This document shows, one piece after another, positions 16,140-27,593 of a DNA stretch of 32,000 bases; position 1 is the first letter of the stretch, and each line of letters begins with the position of its first letter. A program made the position numbers and the translations under genes. Below the pieces are notes generated by a model that saw nothing but the letters and a program-made list of their open reading frames with translations, was not told where the DNA came from and ran no database searches. Origin of the DNA: Breznakia blatticola (lineage in GTDB: Bacteria; Bacillota_I; Bacilli_A; Erysipelotrichales; Erysipelotrichaceae); NCBI RefSeq assembly GCF_004365815.1, contig NZ_SODD01000012.1, positions 1 through 32,000 of the forward strand. The letters are read 5' to 3'.

Positions 16140-16330
16140 TGAAACAAATGGAAGCGACACGTTTTGTTGGACGTGTTGTGCTTGGAAGTATACTTGCAGT
16201 CTTTGGTGGCTTGTGGCTAGATGATACATTTGGCACGAAACCTTGGATTATGCTTGGACTTCTACTTTATGTCTTAGTTGGAAGTCTAATAACACTTGTA
16301 AAGGATGTAGGTGACAGTAATGAGAAATAA
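16139..16330 (+). CDS. atpZ: AtpZ-like small membrane protein (ATPase_gene1 family)
   Basis: 63-aa ORF with 2 TM helices. Pattern G..LG..LD..FGTKPW is typical of the family. Its ATG shares 1 nt with the upp stop (TAATG). Confidence 0.6.
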   Translation: MKQMEATRFVGRVVLGSILAVFGGLWLDDTFGTKPWIMLGLLLYVLVGSLITLVKDVGDSNEK

Positions 16331-16685
16331 GCAATTTAGTCAAATCGAACTACTTGCTGTAGGGATTGCCCTTATCAGTGCTGCAATCATCTATCTAATT
16401 ACAAGAAATACACAAGACATCTTTAGTGTTCTATATGGTGCACTAATTGCGATTGCTGGATTTCATGGCATCGTTATTTCAAGTAAAAGCTTAATCGACA
16501 ATCCAAATAAAGCAAAAAATTTAGCGATTATGCAGTATGCATTTCGCTATATCATCTATTTAGTTCTACTTGTCGTTGGATATATCTTTCTACATTTAGA
16601 ATTGGTAGGTATGTTAGTTGGTTTTGTCAGTTTAAGTTTTGCGATTAAAATTCATGCAATTTTGACGCATGGAAAGGAGGTTTGA
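16311..16685 (+). CDS. atpI: ATP synthase protein I
   Basis: 124-aa, 4-TM ORF in the canonical position before atpB. The start is uncertain (GTG 16311 or ATG 16320). Confidence 0.65.
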   Translation: MTVMRNKQFSQIELLAVGIALISAAIIYLITRNTQDIFSVLYGALIAIAGFHGIVISSKSLIDNPNKAKNLAIMQYAFRYIIYLVLLVVGYIFLHLELVGMLVGFVSLSFAIKIHAILTHGKEV

Positions 16686-16687
16686 TC

Positions 16688-17389
16688 ATGGGAGACGGAA
16701 TACTAATTAAAATCGGAGATTTTGATTTATTTGTTCACCAAACCATCGTCATTTGGATAGGTGTTGGAATTCTGGTTTGTGCCCTTCTTATTTGGGGTGG
16801 AAATAAACTCAAGCATGCAGACCCGACACAACCACCAAAAGGTGCAGTACTTGTATTTGAAACAATCGTTAACTTATGTGCGATGGTGGTCAAAGGAAAT
16901 CTAAATAAGAAAACATGGAAGTTCTTACCATATTTTGGGACCATTATGATTATGATGGTTATCTCGAATATTTTAGGACTGGTTGGTTTACAACCACCAA
17001 CATCGAATTTATCACTAGCAATGGTTCTTGCGATTGGTATCTTCTTGTTGATTCACTTTAGTGATATTAAAAACCATGGTATTAAAGGAAAGTGGAAAGC
17101 ATTAACAGATCCAGTTCCGTTATTATTACCATTAAATGTGATTGGTGATATCGCCTTTCCAGTATCGTTAACCCTACGTTTGTTCGGAAACATGCTTGGT
17201 GGAAGTATCATCATGGCACTTGTATATGTACTAGTAAAAGCAGCAATGCCTTTTACGGGTATATTATTAGCGGTTACGCCGTTTTTACACATGTACTTTG
17301 ATATGTTTACGGCATTTATGCAAACCTACATTTTCTTCACGTTAGCCACATTCTTCTTATCAGATGCTGTGGATGCCGCGGAAGAGTAA
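16688..17389 (+). CDS. atpB: F0F1 ATP synthase subunit a
   Basis: Conserved stator Arg motif (LTLRLFGNMLGG). Polytopic. ATG 16688 lies 8 nt after AAGGAGG; the track start is TTG 16682. Confidence 0.93.
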   Translation: MGDGILIKIGDFDLFVHQTIVIWIGVGILVCALLIWGGNKLKHADPTQPPKGAVLVFETIVNLCAMVVKGNLNKKTWKFLPYFGTIMIMMVISNILGLVGLQPPTSNLSLAMVLAIGIFLLIHFSDIKNHGIKGKWKALTDPVPLLLPLNVIGDIAFPVSLTLRLFGNMLGGSIIMALVYVLVKAAMPFTGILLAVTPFLHMYFDMFTAFMQTYIFFTLATFFLSDAVDAAEE

Positions 17390-17408
17390 AAATAGAAAAT
17401 TCATATAG

Positions 17409-17663
<255 letters not shown>

Positions 17664-17691
17664 TAGTTGAATTAGAAAGAGGAGGCCACTT

Positions 17692-18213
17692 ATGGATATT
17701 AACATAAGCAATTATTTACGTATCAACTTACAAGATATGGCACTCGTTTTAATTTCTACGGCTTTGATTATACTTATTGCGAAGAAATTCTTTTGGAAGT
17801 ATGCGCAAGCATATTTGGATGGACGTAGTGCATTTGTCGCTGGAGAACTAGAAGCAGCGCAAGACAATCGCCAACAAAGTGAACAAATGAAAAGCGAGTA
17901 TGAAGAAAAACTTGCAAATGCGCACGATGAAGCGGTTGGCATTATTGAAAGTGCAAAACATAAAGCAGGTGTGGAAGCGAACCAAATTTTGGAACAAGCT
18001 CACAACGATGCACGTATGTACAAAGAAAAAGCACAAGTTGAAATTGAAAAAGAAAAAACGAGTATTCGTAAAAATATTAAAGATGAAATTAGTGACATCG
18101 CATTCTTAGCTGCTAAAAAAGTAGTAGAAAAAGAAATGGATGATGAAACACATAAAAAATATGTGCAAGATTTCATCGAACAAGCGCAAGAGGATGAGTC
18201 ATGGCAAGCGTAA
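17692..18213 (+). CDS. atpF: F0F1 ATP synthase subunit b
   Basis: 173-aa ORF. One N-terminal TM, then a long charged helix rich in E/K/A/Q. Canonical operon position. Confidence 0.9.
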   Translation: MDINISNYLRINLQDMALVLISTALIILIAKKFFWKYAQAYLDGRSAFVAGELEAAQDNRQQSEQMKSEYEEKLANAHDEAVGIIESAKHKAGVEANQILEQAHNDARMYKEKAQVEIEKEKTSIRKNIKDEISDIAFLAAKKVVEKEMDDETHKKYVQDFIEQAQEDESWQA

Positions 18214-18734
18214 TTGCTAGTCGTTATGCACAAGCTCTTTTTGAACTTGCAAAACAAGAAGACCTACTTGATGCATGTAAAGAAGATTTACATGTGATTG
18301 TTGAAGGTATGGTTCAATATCCGGAATTGTTTGCACTATTAAAACATCCAAGAATTGATAAAAAAGAGCGTAAAGATATCGTAATGAAATCTTTTTCTGG
18401 CGGACAAACGTATGTGATGAACTTTGTGAAGTTATTAATCGATCGCAATCGTTTTGCAAGCATTAAAGAAATTGAAAAACGTTATCAAGAACTTTATAAC
18501 GAAGAAAAAGGTATTGAAATCGCCTATATTCAAAGTGCTTTACCATTATCTGATACAGAGGAAAAGCAAATTGTGGATATGTTAAAAGCAAAATTAAAAA
18601 AGGACATTATTGCCAAAGTGAGTATTAAACCAGAATTGATTGCTGGTTTACGTATTCAAGTTGCAGGTGATGTACTTGATAATTCTGCAAGCAATCGTTT
18701 ACAACGATTGAAAGAACAAGCCAAAAACTCATAG
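18201..18734 (+). CDS. atpH: F0F1 ATP synthase subunit delta (OSCP)
   Basis: 177-aa ORF. N-terminal VIASRYAQALFELA is typical of OSCP/delta. Overlaps the atpF end. Confidence 0.9.
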   Translation: MASVIASRYAQALFELAKQEDLLDACKEDLHVIVEGMVQYPELFALLKHPRIDKKERKDIVMKSFSGGQTYVMNFVKLLIDRNRFASIKEIEKRYQELYNEEKGIEIAYIQSALPLSDTEEKQIVDMLKAKLKKDIIAKVSIKPELIAGLRIQVAGDVLDNSASNRLQRLKEQAKNS

Positions 18735-18752
18735 AAAAGCGAGGAGGAAGTT

Positions 18753-20279
18753 ATGGATTTACGACCAGAAGAAATTAGTGACATTATCAAAGAGCAGATT
18801 AAGCGTTATGATGATACATTAGAAATATCTGAAACAGGAACAGTCATCAGTGTTGGTGATGGAATCGCGCTAATCTATGGATTGGAAAAAGCGATGGCAG
18901 GAGAATTGCTTCTTTTCCCTAATGATCTTTATGGAATGGTATTGAACCTTGAAGAAGAGCACGTTGGTGCGGTTTTGATGGGTGATGACAGTAAAGTTCG
19001 TGAAGGTGATGAAGTAAAACGTACGGGACGTATTATTGAGGTACCTGTTGGTGACATGATGCTAGGACGTGTAGTAAACGCACTAGGTCAAGCCATTGAT
19101 GGAGGTGACCCAATTGTCAGTGACAAATATCGTCCAATTGAGCGTGTAGCTCCTGGAGTTATGACACGTAAAAGTGTACATCAACCATTACAAACCGGTT
19201 TAAAAAGCATTGACTCAATGATTCCAATTGGAAAAGGACAACGTGAGTTAATTATCGGAGACCGTCAAACTGGGAAAACCGCAATTGCGATTGATACGAT
19301 TTTGAACCAAAAGGGACAAAATGTAAAATGTATCTATGTTGCAATTGGACAAAAAGCAAGTACTGTAGCACAAATCGTTGAAAAACTACGTCACTACGGA
19401 GCACTTGAATACACAACTATCGTAACAAGTACTGCTAGTGATGCAGCACCATTACAATATATTGCACCATACGCAGGATGTGCGATTGGTGAAGAATGGA
19501 TGGATAACGGACAAGATGTACTAATTGTTTATGATGATTTAAGTAAACATGCGGTTGCTTACCGTACCATGTCCTTACTATTAAAACGTCCACCAGGACG
19601 TGAAGCATATCCAGGAGATGTTTTCTACTTACACTCAAGACTACTTGAACGTAGTGCGAAGTTAAATGAAGAACATGGACTTGGATCATTAACCGCATTA
19701 CCAATTATCGAAACACAAGCAGGTGATATTGCTGCCTATATTCCAACAAACGTAATTTCGATTACAGATGGACAAATTTTCTTACAAACCGAATTGTTTA
19801 ATGGTGGGATTCGTCCAGCAGTAGATAGTGGATTATCGGTAAGTCGTGTTGGTAGTGCAGCACAAGTAAAAGCGATGAAACAAGTATCTGGTTCATTGAA
19901 ACTTGAACTTGCACAATTCCGTGAAATGCAAGCCTTTGCACAATTCGGAAGTGATTTAGATGCATCAACAAAAGCAACACTTGATCATGGAGAACGTTTG
20001 GTAGAACTATTAAAACAACACCAATATTCACCATTATCGGTAAGTGAGCAAGTCATCTCATTATTTGCGGCAAAACACCGCTACTTAAAAGAGATTGCAG
20101 TTGAAGATGTACTTGAATATGAATCTGGTTTACACCAATTCATTAAAGATTACCACAACGATATTATGGAAACATTAGATCGAGAAAAAGAAATCGATGA
20201 TGCATTGGAAGAAAATATGAAAGCTGCTATTAAGGAATATACAGACAAATTCGTTAGTTTAAGTAAGAATGGCAAATAA
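18753..20279 (+). CDS. atpA: F0F1 ATP synthase subunit alpha
   Basis: 508-aa ORF. Walker A GDRQTGKT, with [16 protein letters not shown] and [20 protein letters not shown]. Confidence 0.98.
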   Translation: MDLRPEEISDIIKEQIKRYDDTLEISETGTVISVGDGIALIYGLEKAMAGELLLFPNDLYGMVLNLEEEHVGAVLMGDDSKVREGDEVKRTGRIIEVPVGDMMLGRVVNALGQAIDGGDPIVSDKYRPIERVAPGVMTRKSVHQPLQTGLKSIDSMIPIGKGQRELIIGDRQTGKTAIAIDTILNQKGQNVKCIYVAIGQKASTVAQIVEKLRHYGALEYTTIVTSTASDAAPLQYIAPYAGCAIGEEWMDNGQDVLIVYDDLSKHAVAYRTMSLLLKRPPGREAYPGDVFYLHSRLLERSAKLNEEHGLGSLTALPIIETQAGDIAAYIPTNVISITDGQIFLQTELFNGGIRPAVDSGLSVSRVGSAAQVKAMKQVSGSLKLELAQFREMQAFAQFGSDLDASTKATLDHGERLVELLKQHQYSPLSVSEQVISLFAAKHRYLKEIAVEDVLEYESGLHQFIKDYHNDIMETLDREKEIDDALEENMKAAIKEYTDKFVSLSKNGK

Positions 20280-21111
20280 GTTAGAAATTAAAAACCGAAT
20301 TCGTTCGGTTGATTCAACCAAGAAGATTACCAAAGCCATGCAACTTGTAGCAGCAAGTAAACTTAGAAAACAAAAAGACTTGATGGATACAAACCGCACA
20401 TATGCAATGTATCTTCAAGAAGTTGTAGAACATATTTTATCTACAATAAAAACCAGTGATCACCCGTTTCTAAAACGCTCACAAACAGAAAAACGATTGA
20501 TCATTGTATATACAAGCGATATGGGATTATGTGGTGGATACAATGCCAACACGTATAAATTGCTTGAGTCTTCCATCAATGAAGGTGATGAAGTCATCGT
20601 TGTTGGTTCACGCGGAACAACGTATTTAAAACGTCGTGATTTAAACATCATTGAAACTAAAATCGGAGTAAGTGAAGAAGGATATGAAGATATTCTAGAT
20701 ATTGCAGAACTTGCTTTAAAACAATACACAAGTGGTGTTGTTGGAAGTATTGAAGTACTGTATACCAAATTCGTGAACTCGATGGATTTTGAACCACAAC
20801 TCGAACGTTTATTACCAGCGACTCGTAATGAGGAACTGGAAAAAGATGTGGTTAAGCAAGATGTGATTTTTGAGCCAGCAGGAGATGCGATTTTAGATGA
20901 ACTGATTCCGTTGTATTTAAAATCATTACTTTACTCTCGTTGGATTGAAACAAAAACTAGTGAGCAAGCATCGCGTCAAAATGCGATGGAAAATGCAACA
21001 GATAACGCACAAGAGTTGCGTGATGAACTCGAACTGAAATTTAACCAAGCGCGCCAAGCATCGATTACGCAAGAAATTACGGAAATTGTTGGTGGTGCTA
21101 ATGCACAATAG
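20269..21111 (+). CDS. atpG: F0F1 ATP synthase subunit gamma
   Basis: 280-aa ORF. N-terminal [29 protein letters not shown]-terminal [12 protein letters not shown]. Confidence 0.97.
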   Translation: MANKLEIKNRIRSVDSTKKITKAMQLVAASKLRKQKDLMDTNRTYAMYLQEVVEHILSTIKTSDHPFLKRSQTEKRLIIVYTSDMGLCGGYNANTYKLLESSINEGDEVIVVGSRGTTYLKRRDLNIIETKIGVSEEGYEDILDIAELALKQYTSGVVGSIEVLYTKFVNSMDFEPQLERLLPATRNEELEKDVVKQDVIFEPAGDAILDELIPLYLKSLLYSRWIETKTSEQASRQNAMENATDNAQELRDELELKFNQARQASITQEITEIVGGANAQ

Positions 21112-22524
<1,413 letters not shown>

Positions 22525-22526
22525 AT

Positions 22527-22919
22527 ATGATTGATGTACGAATCATTACCCCAAGTGGTATGTACTTACATACGGAAGTTGATCAACTCAACGCGCGTTC
22601 TGTAGATGGAAACTTTGGACTTTTACCAGATCACATGCCAATGGTTGCAATGCTTGATATTTCAAGCATGACCTTGATTCGTGATGGTGTGGAAAAAGAC
22701 TATGCGGTATCTGGTGGATTGCTTGAATACTCTAAGAATATTGTGACAGTATTAACTGATGCAATTGAAGGGGAAGAAGACATCGATATCGAACGTGCAA
22801 AAGCAGCAAAAGAGCGTGCTGAAAAACGTTTACAAGCCAAAGAACACAGCTTGAATATGCGTCGTGCAGAAGTTGCTTTACGTAAAGCAATAAACCGTAT
22901 CAACGTAAAAGGAAAATAA
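22527..22919 (+). CDS. atpC: F0F1 ATP synthase subunit epsilon
   Basis: 130-aa ORF. N-terminal beta-sandwich region (GNFGLLPDHMPMV), then a C-terminal helical hairpin. Last gene of the operon. Confidence 0.93.
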   Translation: MIDVRIITPSGMYLHTEVDQLNARSVDGNFGLLPDHMPMVAMLDISSMTLIRDGVEKDYAVSGGLLEYSKNIVTVLTDAIEGEEDIDIERAKAAKERAEKRLQAKEHSLNMRRAEVALRKAINRINVKGK

Positions 22920-22920
22920 T

Positions 22921-22950
22921 GAGATATAGTTTCGGCTATATCTTTTTTTG
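22921..22950 (+). terminator. Rho-independent terminator of the atp operon
   Basis: AGATATAG - TTTCGG - CTATATCT, followed by a 7-T run. It starts 2 nt after the atpC stop. Confidence 0.88.
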
Positions 22951-23471
22951 AGTTTCAAAGCATCTGAATTTACTAAATTCAATATAAAAATCGATATACC
23001 TATAAAAACACTAGGAAATTAAAAGACATATATTACATTTTTGTAGTCAAAAAAGTACATATTATTCGATAAATAAAAGATTATTTGCATGTGGCTCATA
23101 TTTCAGTGAGATAGAAATTGTATATATCAAATTTTTAAATAAGTTTACTCACTATATCAAATCTTATATAAAACTCAAGATAACATATAATTTAATAATC
23201 ATATTGTAACTATCGATTTAATATACTACAATATTAGTAGGATATATAATCTAACTGATTTACTATATGAACAAGTTCGAAGTTATTTCCCAATTACATA
23301 TCTAGCTTCGAAACAACCCAATTGCTAATTACTTTTATAACCCTGTATAAAACTAATTCTTGTTCAAAATAACCACATAGAGTAGTTTCCTTTACACACA
23401 CTAATTAACTCAAAACTATGAAGGCGTATCATCCATACGCAGGTGAATCAATTTGACATATTATCCGGCAG

Positions 23472-23506
23472 AAAAAAGGAGTGCTTTCCCTGCATTCCTT
23501 TTTTTA
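23472..23506. terminator. Orphan, potentially bidirectional intrinsic terminator in the AT-rich gap
   Basis: A-run, then stem AAGGAGTGC (23476-23484) / GCATTCCTT (23492-23500, one G-U pair), then a T-run. No annotated gene ends here. Confidence 0.5.
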
Positions 23507-23540
23507 TGGTTTGATCTAAATAACTAATCGATACACTTTC

Positions 23541-23556
23541 TTAACATTAATTAACC
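23541..23556 (+). promoter_or_regulatory. Pho-box-like direct repeat TTAACA-N4-TTAACC
   Basis: TTAACA at 23541 and TTAACC at 23551, ~75 nt upstream of pstS. It resembles the Bacillus PhoP TT(A/T/C)ACA repeats, but the period is 10 bp rather than 11 bp and there are only two units. Confidence 0.3.
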
Positions 23557-23628
23557 AAATCTTTTTGAAATCTATAAGCTTTCTTTATATTTCTTTTGTA
23601 ATGTGTAGTTATGCAAAAGGAGGAGTTT

Positions 23629-24429
23629 ATGCGTAAACTATGGATATTTGGAGTGTGTTGTTTATTGCTTGTTGGTTGTTCAACTAACCAAAAAACGACA
23701 AAGAAAACAGAATTGCTTATTGGTGGGTCGACAAGTGTACAACCCCTTATGGAAAAACTAGCAGAAAACTTTATGAAAGAAAGTGATATGAAAGTATCCG
23801 TTCAAGGTGGAGGGTCAAGTGTAGGTGTAAAAGGTGCAAATGAAGGTGTACTTGATATTGGTAGTGTCTCAAGAGAGCTTGAAGACGAAGAAAAGGAAAA
23901 ACTTGATGGAGTAGTTATTGCACTTGATGGAATTGTTGTCATTGTAAACCAAAAAAATAAAGTACAAAATATAACACTTGAACAATTGCATGAAATTTAT
24001 ACTGGTAAGATTACTAACTGGAAACAACTTGGAGGAGTAGATGCAACAATATCTGTTGTGAGTCGTGAAGAAGGAAGTGGAACCCGTGATGGATTTGAAG
24101 GAATTGTAGGTTTTGAGTCAAATGAACTAATTAAAGATGCAGATATTCAAAATTCAACTGGTGGTGTAATATCAACAGTATCAACCAATGCCAACGGGAT
24201 TGGTTATATCTCAATGGGCTCAGTTTCTGATCAAGTGGATGTACTTAGAGTAGATGAAGTTACTCCAAGTGTCGAAACAATCACAAATGGAAGTTATGCT
24301 TTGCAGCGTCCATTTATTCTAGCAACAAAGAAAGATAGTGAAGATGCACAAGAGTTCTTTAACTTTATTTTCTCTGAAAAAGGGAAAGAAATTATTGAAG
24401 ATATGAAGTATATTCCAGTGAACCAATAA
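23629..24429 (+). CDS. pstS: Phosphate-binding lipoprotein PstS family (no pstCAB adjacent)
   Basis: Lipobox LLVGC. GGSTSVQPLMEKLAENF, REEGSGTRD and SYALQRPF are typical of PstS/PBP_like_2. Start moved from 23611 to ATG 23629, after AAAGGAGGAG. Confidence 0.88.
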   Translation: MRKLWIFGVCCLLLVGCSTNQKTTKKTELLIGGSTSVQPLMEKLAENFMKESDMKVSVQGGGSSVGVKGANEGVLDIGSVSRELEDEEKEKLDGVVIALDGIVVIVNQKNKVQNITLEQLHEIYTGKITNWKQLGGVDATISVVSREEGSGTRDGFEGIVGFESNELIKDADIQNSTGGVISTVSTNANGIGYISMGSVSDQVDVLRVDEVTPSVETITNGSYALQRPFILATKKDSEDAQEFFNFIFSEKGKEIIEDMKYIPVNQ

Positions 24430-24566
24430 AAAACGAAGAAATTTCCTAGGAAATATCTCTTTTTCTGGGTAAATATGTAAAGTTTAGATATATTTTGTCT
24501 TACTTCAAACATTTCTTTTGTATTGTCATAGATATGTGTATAATTTCTATAGTAAGGAGAAATACT

Positions 24567-25460
24567 ATGAGATTTATTCGCTATACAAATCATAATGAAA
24601 TACACTTAGGTGTACTAAGTCAAGATGAAACATATGTTATAAGCCTACAAGAAATACTAGGAAAGAATTATGCAAATACAATGCAAACATTTATTGAACA
24701 AGCAAAGGATGGTGATATGAAAAAGATTCAAGACTATCTTGAATCGCATTGTTCTGGTGTGTGTATAGAAGATGTGCAATTGTTAGCACCTATGGAACGT
24801 TCGATACATGATGTCATTGCCGTTGGTTTAAATTATCAAGAACATATCGATGAAGCAGATCGTGGATTTACTCGCCATGTAGAAAAGAAAGATCCACCCA
24901 TTTACTTTGGAAAACGTACAACTTATATTACAGGGCCAAGTGAAACAGTGTATGCTTGTTTTGACTTGGATGAAAAGGTTGACTATGAAGTTGAGCTTGC
25001 TGTTATCATCAAAAAGCGGGGAAAAGATATTCCTGTAGAAGAAGCGATGGATTATGTATTTGGTTATAGTATTCTTAATGATCTATCTTCACGTGGCCTA
25101 CAAAGAGGACGAATTCAATGGAATAAAGGAAAGTCACTTGATGGCTATACGATTATGGGTCCTTGTATCGTAAGTGCAGATGCTTTTGATCCAAATGCAT
25201 CTCATGCAGTACAATGTTATATCAATCAAGAACTTCGACAAAATGGAAATACAACGCAAATGATTCATAAAGTTGCAGAACTCATTAGCGATTATTCGCA
25301 AGGTATTACGTTGGAAGCTGGAGATATTATCTCAACAGGAACACCTTCAGGCGTAGGTATGGGATTTGAAGTTCCTAAGTGGTTAACTGAACATGATGAA
25401 ATGAAATGTGTCATTGAAGGAATTGGTGTGTTAGAAAACAAGATTCAAAAACGCAAATAA
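24567..25460 (+). CDS. Fumarylacetoacetate hydrolase (FAH) family protein
   Basis: FAH-fold motifs are present (VGLNYQEH, DYEVELAVIIKK, GYSILNDLSSR, GDIISTGTPSGVG). Start moved from 24495 to ATG 24567, after TAAGGAGA. Confidence 0.88.
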   Translation: MRFIRYTNHNEIHLGVLSQDETYVISLQEILGKNYANTMQTFIEQAKDGDMKKIQDYLESHCSGVCIEDVQLLAPMERSIHDVIAVGLNYQEHIDEADRGFTRHVEKKDPPIYFGKRTTYITGPSETVYACFDLDEKVDYEVELAVIIKKRGKDIPVEEAMDYVFGYSILNDLSSRGLQRGRIQWNKGKSLDGYTIMGPCIVSADAFDPNASHAVQCYINQELRQNGNTTQMIHKVAELISDYSQGITLEAGDIISTGTPSGVGMGFEVPKWLTEHDEMKCVIEGIGVLENKIQKRK

Positions 25461-25485
25461 AAGGGGAAGCGAATGCTTCCCTTTA
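25455..25485. terminator. Shared convergent terminator hairpin
   Basis: AAGGGGAAGC - GAAT - GCTTCCCTTT. The T-run is good on the minus strand (TTTTATTTG, serving the oxidoreductase) and short on the plus strand. Confidence 0.7.
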
Positions 25486-26424
25486 GTCTACAACTTCTAA
25501 AATGGCTTTACTTTGTGTATATCCCATAATAGGGCTTTCATATATTTGATGTTCGATGCAAGCAACTGCATGTTCAATTTCACCGCTAAAATCACTTTGC
25601 ATGTCTACTGCGATAATTTCTTCTTTACCATCTACATATATATAGGCTACTTTTTCTTTCCAATATGCTGGAATTTTTATGTATCCTTTTTCACCGATAA
25701 GATACGCACAACCTTTGTTTTCAGGTGTATATAGCCAGTTACTCATAATATCCGCTTGGATGCCATTTTCATAGGTGATCATTGCATGCAGTCCAAAATC
25801 ACAGGCATATGCATCGATATACGTTTTCTTCTTTGTAATTTCTTTTACTTTGCTATTTGCATAGTAATGTGCAAAACAGGTTGGATATACACCAATATCA
25901 AAAGCACAGCCACCGGTTACTGGATCCAGAACCCAATGTGTATCTGGTAGTGGATCATCAAGTAATCGAGCACTATACTCAGCTTTGATGAATTGTAGTT
26001 TACCGATTACACCATTTGCGATCATTTGATACAGCTTCTGATTAAGTGGCGTAAATACCGTTTTATTTGCCTCCATTAGAAAACACTGTTTTTCTTTGGC
26101 AAGATCAAACAATTGTTTTAATTCTTTATGTGTTGTGACCATAATCTTTTCACAGATGACATGCTTGTTGGCTTGCAAACACTTACAAACTAAATCATAA
26201 TGTAATGCATTTGGTACACAAATATAAACAAGTTCAACTTGTGGATCTGCTAACACTTCATCATAAGAACCATATGCATGTACTGCATCGTACTGTTCTT
26301 GAAATGCTTGTGCACGTTTTATATCACGAGCTGCAACAGCATATAGTGATGCATTTTTTGCATATGTAACACCTAAGGCAACGCGTTTAGCGATACCTCC
26401 TAAACCTAAAATTGCGACATTCAT
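25483..26424 (-). CDS. Gfo/Idh/MocA family NAD(P)-dependent oxidoreductase
   Basis: 313-aa ORF. N-terminal Rossmann fold MNVAILGLGGIAKR and the family motif HVICEKIM (EKP-like). Confidence 0.85.
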   Translation of the reverse strand: MNVAILGLGGIAKRVALGVTYAKNASLYAVAARDIKRAQAFQEQYDAVHAYGSYDEVLADPQVELVYICVPNALHYDLVCKCLQANKHVICEKIMVTTHKELKQLFDLAKEKQCFLMEANKTVFTPLNQKLYQMIANGVIGKLQFIKAEYSARLLDDPLPDTHWVLDPVTGGCAFDIGVYPTCFAHYYANSKVKEITKKKTYIDAYACDFGLHAMITYENGIQADIMSNWLYTPENKGCAYLIGEKGYIKIPAYWKEKVAYIYVDGKEEIIAVDMQSDFSGEIEHAVACIEHQIYESPIMGYTQSKAILEVVD

Positions 26425-26456
26425 AATACATACCTCTTACATATATTATACACGAA

Positions 26457-27410
26457 TTAACTAGCAATTAAGTTTCGATATACATATTGATGTGTAAGTG
26501 GTGCATTACTTGCAAGTGTTTGCGGGTCGTTGTAATAATACACAACAGCATTTGCTAACCACTCATAGGCATTATCATTCATATTACCACTGTATCTTAC
26601 AGGAAGACTTCCTTTTTCTTGATTAAAGATTTGCTGGAACTCAGCTGTTTGAGAAAGATTGGTTCCAAAATCGTAAATATGAGTTGCTTCGTGTAATACG
26701 GTGGTTGGGTAATGATTTTGTCCATTTAACCAAATGCGACCATCACTATATCCCATACCAAGATATGGATATGCAATACTTAAATCAATGGTAATGGTAT
26801 GTAATGAACTGTTGTTGTATTGGTTTGGTAGTTGCATAATTTCATTTACATATTTACGTACGGTATCATCAGAAACATTCATATCTGGTGCTTCGATTTT
26901 CCAACCACGTACATATAAATTGGTACGATCAAGTGGCGGTTGAACAGGCGTAAGAGTTTCTTGTGCGATTTCTACTGGAATTTCTTGTTGAACGGGTTCA
27001 GGCTTTGCATGATCATGCTTTTCTTCAACTTCTTTTGCTTTAACGATAATTTCTATTGTCTTACGTGAAATTTTACCAGACTTGTTTTTGGCTTCAACGA
27101 TGACTTTATAGTTACCTGGTACACTTGTATTTACATCATTTTCAATAACATCCAAAAGTAGCGGTTGTTTCTTTGAATCATACGCACGTAGTTTTAAATT
27201 GCGTAAACTGAATTCTTCATCGACTACAAGTTCATATGCATTTGGTCCAATAATCGTTGGTGGGTTTTCATCGTGTACCTGTGCGGTTGATTCCTTTTGC
27301 TCACTGGTATCACTTAGAGCATTTGTTGGCATTTGAAAAACATACAATACACAAGTTAGAACTAGTGCAACACAAATCAATAATACGTTTTTTACTTTAA
27401 GATACTTCAT
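26457..27410 (-). CDS. Secreted protein: signal peptide + Ig-like (DUF5011-type) domain + HExxH zinc-metallopeptidase-like domain (anthrax lethal factor-like/ATLF-type suspected)
   Basis: Signal/TM segment VLLICVALVLTCVLYVF. An Ig-like module (PPTIIGPN...GNYKVIVEAKNKSGK..IEIIV). HEATH is encoded by 26679-26693, and the downstream AYEWLANA provides a candidate third Zn ligand. Start taken at M3 (27410). Confidence 0.6.
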   Translation of the reverse strand: MKYLKVKNVLLICVALVLTCVLYVFQMPTNALSDTSEQKESTAQVHDENPPTIIGPNAYELVVDEEFSLRNLKLRAYDSKKQPLLLDVIENDVNTSVPGNYKVIVEAKNKSGKISRKTIEIIVKAKEVEEKHDHAKPEPVQQEIPVEIAQETLTPVQPPLDRTNLYVRGWKIEAPDMNVSDDTVRKYVNEIMQLPNQYNNSSLHTITIDLSIAYPYLGMGYSDGRIWLNGQNHYPTTVLHEATHIYDFGTNLSQTAEFQQIFNQEKGSLPVRYSGNMNDNAYEWLANAVVYYYNDPQTLASNAPLTHQYVYRNLIAS

Positions 27411-27593
27411 ACACATACATCCTTTTTTTCTTTTTCTACTACACGATTCATACGTTTATTTAATGTTGATAAATTAATTATGTATTATCATAATCAATTT
27501 GATATTATAAATGAAGCGAAAATAAGAGTCTACCTTTTTTACGTATTTATATAAAGAAGCATCATATTATATAAAATCAAATATGTATGGAGC

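Noticed and set aside
22951-23610. The AT-rich gap as a replication origin or prophage attachment scar
   Set aside because: No DnaA boxes (TTATCCACA or its complement) are present; only a partial TTATCCGGC is found. There is no dnaA/dnaN, integrase or tRNA nearby, and no long direct repeats.
27441-27449. A single CACGATT match to the TCACGA repeat core in the metalloprotease promoter region, hinting at LytTR control
   Set aside because: There is only one copy, with no partner 21 bp away, and a 7-mer match in AT-rich DNA is expected by chance.
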